64,000 bases of DNA from the human T2T-CHM13v2.0 reference genome, Homo sapiens, in NCBI RefSeq assembly GCF_009914755.1, contig NC_060927.1, one strand, 5' to 3'. The notes below the pieces were generated by a model. The model was not told where the DNA came from. It did not search any database and saw only the letters and a program-made list of their open reading frames with translations. Made by a program: the position numbers and the translations under genes. This document shows, in pieces, positions 58,601 through 64,000 of the stretch (position 1 is the stretch's first letter; every line of letters starts with the position of its first letter).

Positions 58601-60419
58601 ACCCACCCACATTTTTGCTTTGACTTATTTTTCCTAAGCAAGAATCTCAAACATTTAGCTGAAATTTGTCCCCACTTGAATACTTGCTGTCATTTCAAGT
58701 GTATCACATCTAAAAGACATAGATTTTTCTCCCACACACTTGCCCCATCCCTTTCCCCTCTAATTTTTGTACTATGAAGGTGTTCAAAACTCAGCTCACA
58801 CCCCAGAAAGCTGTTTGATATGATTAGCAATCCCACATACACACTTGGGCTTTATTTGCCCCATGTATAAAATGAAAGATTTTTAATTTGAAGGTTCCTA
58901 AAGTACTTCCTTTGTGAAGGCTTTATACTTCTTAATAGTGTCATACATCTTCATTTCACAAATGAGGAAATTACTGTCAAAAGAAGTTAAGCAATTTCTA
59001 AAGATGAAACAGCTAGTGGTTAGAATTACATAACTGATCTTTAGACCCAACACAGAGTTATATTTGTATTTAGAAATTGGTATCTATTGGTATCTAAATT
59101 AGTGTCTAGAAATTTTACTAGAAATTATGGGAAAGAAGAACGAAATTTTACTGAGAAAAGTGAAATGTACCAAAACATTCAATGCATGGGTAACATTTAG
59201 AAAGCAAAAAAGCATAATAATATATTCAATCTTAACATCCAAGACAATATAACCACTAAGTCAATATTAGTTGTAAAAATACAATAATATTTTAAAATAT
59301 GTATATTTGAAGAAAGTTTCACTTCTTTATGGGCCAGTGAGTTTCCACAGGTAAGAACTATAAATTGTGGACAAAATATAAAAACAACTACCTGAGGTTA
59401 CTGGAAAGTGGAGGAAGCAGAAAAATTCTTGAAGGGTGTCAATGCTTGGAAGAAGGAAATAGGGGATCAGAGTTGTGGGTGTAGGTTCCCATTATTTCCC
59501 CATTTTTACCGATGTTAGTCCCAGAGAGGGCTGCAGATGATACCACATTAGGCAGCTACTCTAATGGAAAGCCCACAGTTTTCTGAAGAACCAGCAGGCA
59601 GATTTTAGGGCAACTTTACTCTCTGAAAAGTGACAGAGTCAGAGTAAAAGAGTTCCAAATTCTGCATACACTCTACCCATATCTCTGATGACTCTAAACC
59701 ACACATTGCAGGTCACAGTCAAAGCAGATTAGCTACCAGTAAAAGAACTCAGATTTGAGATGCTGTCCAAGGGGTAGAGTTTGCAGTTTGGGTCCAACCA
59801 AGTAAAATATCAACACAGCAATATAACAGAATCTGTGCAACATTCAAAACCCAAATAAAACTATTTAATTTACAAAGAACCAAGAAAATGTGGCCTATGC
59901 TTAGGAGAAAATACATTAAGGGAGACTAACAACTTCAAGTTGACCCAGACACTCGCATTCTCAGACAAGAGTCTTACAGCAACATTCAGCTATGCTTAGT
60001 GACATAAAGAAATATATACTCACAATGAATGAATAAAAACACAGAAAAATCTCAGCAGAGAAAAAAAACTTTTAACAAATAAATGGAAATCTTAAAATTG
60101 AAAAATACAATATCTAAAATAATATATTAACTAGGGCTTTACAGAAGAATGAAGAGGAGAAAGGAAATTGTAATTGTCAGTGAACTTGAATATATAGCAA
60201 TAGAAATTATTCAATCAAAAGAACAGAGAGACAAGATATTGGGGAAAATATGTATAAAAAGGGAACTAAGAACTAAGAGAACTCCTCACTAGCAGACCTA
60301 CACTACTAGAAACAATAACAGAAATTATTCAGGATGAAAGAAAATAATACCAGGTAGAAACTTGGAAATTCAAGAAGGAATTAAGAGTATTAGAAATGAC
60401 AACTAGAGTGGACATAGTA

Positions 60420-60773
60420 TGTGCCACCAACAGTTGCCTCTGACTTTTTGTTCCTGCCACTAGGATCACTGTCAACAGACAGTCTTCAGTTTTCAGCCTC
60501 TCCAGGGATGACTTCAGTTACTTAGACCAAAGTCAGACCCTTTCCAGGGGAGCCCATATCCAACGACTGATTTAGATGGAGTTATAAAGGAACAGCCATT
60601 TTTATTCAATGCAGGGCCTCTCTAAGGCCAATCTAGCTCCTGAGCTCCCTGTGGGGTCAGTGAGGGTGTCAGTTGGTTGAGATTGCAGGTAGACTTCTCC
60701 CTCTGCTCACAAGCATACTGTACACAAAACTCTATCTCAGAGTCTAACTTCCAAGAGAACCTGCAACAGCAAC
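60420..60773. mobile_element. Old ERVL-class LTR (LTR16-like)
   Basis: Terminus 'tctcagagtctaacttccaagagaacctgcaacagcaaca' resembles LTR16-type ends. Confidence 0.4.
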
Positions 60774-60810
60774 AATAACTCAAAGTAACAGACATTTTTG
60801 AAGAAAATTA

Positions 60811-61132
<322 letters not shown>

Positions 61133-62014
61133 AATAGAAAAACTTTTAGCCCTGCTTTAATCCTGGAACTTTTTGGTATTGCTTTCCTTAAAGATTTTGG
61201 TCCTAGAATGGGGTCTAGGCATATAAATTCTATGTAGAAAAACTCTGAAGTTGTTGCTTAGTGTTAATGCATGAACAATATCATTTCTTCCTGGGGGGAA
61301 AAAGGGCTGATTGTGACTGTGTCTATTATATGAATTATATAAATCAGTGATATTTATTACCATTATTATTATTTAAAAAGTAATGATTGTTGACTTGATT
61401 CTTAGGGCCTACTAGCATCACATAGTCCAAAGGTATTTTATAACCACAGATCTGCTCCCAAATCCCAGTCAGCAATTGACAAATGTATGTGAGTGATAAT
61501 AAGGCAGAAGAGGTAAAAACATGTTGATGGCTACTACATTTTTCAGACACAAATGGTTTTTCAGACACAAATGGTTAATTTTTCAGACACAACATAAAAT
61601 CAAACAACAACTGGGTCATTTTATTAACTAAATGCCATTAACTGAAATATTCATGACCTTATTGGGAGGAAATTTATCTACGGTAAACTCTCTCATTTGT
61701 TCCCATTACCTTATTGCCATCCTCAAGCTACTAGCATCCCTCTATCTAATGTCTCATCTTAATCCTCAATTTCAGAAGAGTATCTCCTCCTACATGAGGT
61801 TAAGCACTCAATTGATACTCCACTTTGGCTCCCTTCCTGTCTCTTCTCAGATCTTCCTATCTTTTATAGACTGGAAAGAGATAAGTATGGTTCTTAGAGC
61901 CCAAATCCAAATATCTCTAGTGCTTATTCTATTGTTTTTGTCCATATGTTTATTCTGTTCGTGGGATGGATCATCTACTTCATGAATGATTCACAAACAC
62001 TAGAGTTTTCTATA

Positions 62015-62339
62015 CAGTCATCCCTCAGTGTCCTTGGGGGATTAGTTCTAGACCCCCAGAGATGGCAAAATTCAAGGATGCTCAAATCCCTAATATAAAA
62101 TGGTGTAGTATTTCATATAACCTATGTACAATCTCTCACATACTTTCAATCATCTCTAGATTGCTATAAAACCTAATACAATGTAAATAATACATAAGTA
62201 GCTATTATATTGAATTATTTAGGAAATGACAAGAACAAAATCTGTACATGTTCAGTACTAATGAAATCATCTATTTTTTCCCTTTATATTTTCAACTGAA
62301 GTTGGTTGAATCCAGGGATGCAATACAGAGGGCTGACTG
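62015..62339. mobile_element. MER2-like TcMar-Tigger DNA transposon
   Basis: TA|cagtcatccctc...agagggctgactg|TA; homologous to 37035-37340. Confidence 0.85.
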
Positions 62340-64000
62340 TATTTCCAAGTATCTGTAGGAATTTTCCTCCTACTTGTCCTCCCTTCCTATACTGAATTTA
62401 ATATCTTCCTCCACAACGAAACTCCCTTCTCAGTCACATATATACCTCAGCGGCATCACAGAACTTTTTTCAAATGAGAACCCCAGGGCAGAAGCTCTTG
62501 ACTCATGTTTCAAAATAAATATTTTACCTAGTGCCACCGCCACTCAATGGGACACTGTTACCACATTATTCTCCAAAAAATCCTACTTAATTATAAATTT
62601 TCCTGTTCACCAAAGAACAGGTGGTTCCTCATTGTCTACTGACTAATACCCAGGTTCTTTAATTTAGCTATTAAGGACCCCCAAAATCCAGCCTTATTTC
62701 CTACTATTATTTAACACACAACCTCTGTTCCTGCAAGCTACAGCTCTTTCTCTCTCTGAAGCACCTTGCATTTGCACATGCTACACATCCCATCCTTCCA
62801 ATTCCTTTCTCTGCATTTCCCCATTTATCCAAACCTGTCATTCAAAGCCTAGCTCAAGACCCATCTCCATAAAATCCTCCACAACTCCAACCCACTGTAA
62901 TTTCTCCCTCCTTTAGATTTGTACTAGTTTCATATACAATTTCAAGATTTACTGATTTTAAATGTTCACCAATTGTTTCATCTTACCTTTGTCTTTCTAA
63001 TTTAGATTACTAATAACTTTTAGGCACTATTCTACACACACACACAGACATTAATAAGGACTTTTAATTAATTTATTAATTGCTTAAGCATGAACATTTA
63101 GAGAAAAACACACCTATAAATTATTATAACATGTAAATTCACAAATATGCAAACTAGAAAAGGAAGATAGGACTAAAGTTATTAATAAGGACAAAACCCT
63201 TCTTTTGCACAATTGTTTTGAATCTTTTTCCACTGTTTGCAAATCTGCCAAAGCTACCTTAGAGCCCTGTCTTGATTTTTATCTCCTCTTCTTGTTACTG
63301 CCTGTCCTCTAGTGGAAGACAACAATAAATGAATAAAAATTAGCCCAAAGAAGGAAAGAAGTGAAGGGTTCCTTTTTAGTAACTCATAATCACAAAATCA
63401 GTAACTTTTATAAAAGATGGAATAATTTTAATTGGAACACCAAAATATAATTTGAACACACACACAAAAATCTAGAAGACAATAGGGCTAAAAAAAAGGA
63501 GGAAGAAGTGGCACAGGGTACGGGGAGTGTCCGGGAAGGGGACCAGGTACAAGGCTGGGAATATAGCTCTGATGTACACAATTTAGGTTGTTTTTATTTT
63601 TCCCCTTAGGTTTTTTCTGGATAAATCTTGTTTACTAACTGCCAAGCTGCTTGAAGTTATAAGCAAATAAGTAGACAAAAAGAAAATAGGGAAACCAAAT
63701 GAATACTATGTTTTACATTTAAGTCATTAGCTCCCTTGTTCCTTTGTGAATTTACCTTGTACAAAGCGAGTTCTTTCTGTTTGGCAGTATTAATAACATA
63801 GCAGTTTTAGCAATAAAGACATAAAGTCATATTTCCCCAAGTGGTATGCTTCTCATTATTCTAAATCATGTCATGGTTAACCTATCACACCAAATCACTA
63901 CATGTAAAGTAATATGCTTTTTTAAATCCTGATTTTAAACATTTAATAACTTTACAATAACATAAGCATAGACTTCATAGATCTGCTATATGTAGTCTTT

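Overview
Primate (almost certainly human) genomic DNA containing coding exons 2-8 of the inhibitory immune receptor gene CD200R1 on the minus strand: cassette exon 2, exon 3, IgV, IgC2, TM, and two cytoplasmic exons ending in the NPLY tail. Exon 1 (signal peptide) is not seen and should lie beyond base 64000. The seven exons splice in frame with canonical GT-AG sites. Most of the rest is transposon-derived: nested L1s of several ages, Alus, a complete THE1 MaLR element, solo LTRs, MER1/MER2 DNA transposons and L2. I find no new multi-gene biological system. The observations worth a second look are routes to soluble or truncated CD200R1 isoforms, the K89/T121/H177 coding haplotype, and several unusual retrotransposition structures. 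These are a twin-primed inverted L1, a 3'-truncated L1 with a TSD, a full-length ancient L1MA with an ~80-bp 5'UTR array, a tiny young L1 inserted into an older L1 tail, and a microhomology deletion of an L1 endonuclease domain. Repeat subfamily names come from recalled consensus features, not from a RepeatMasker run.
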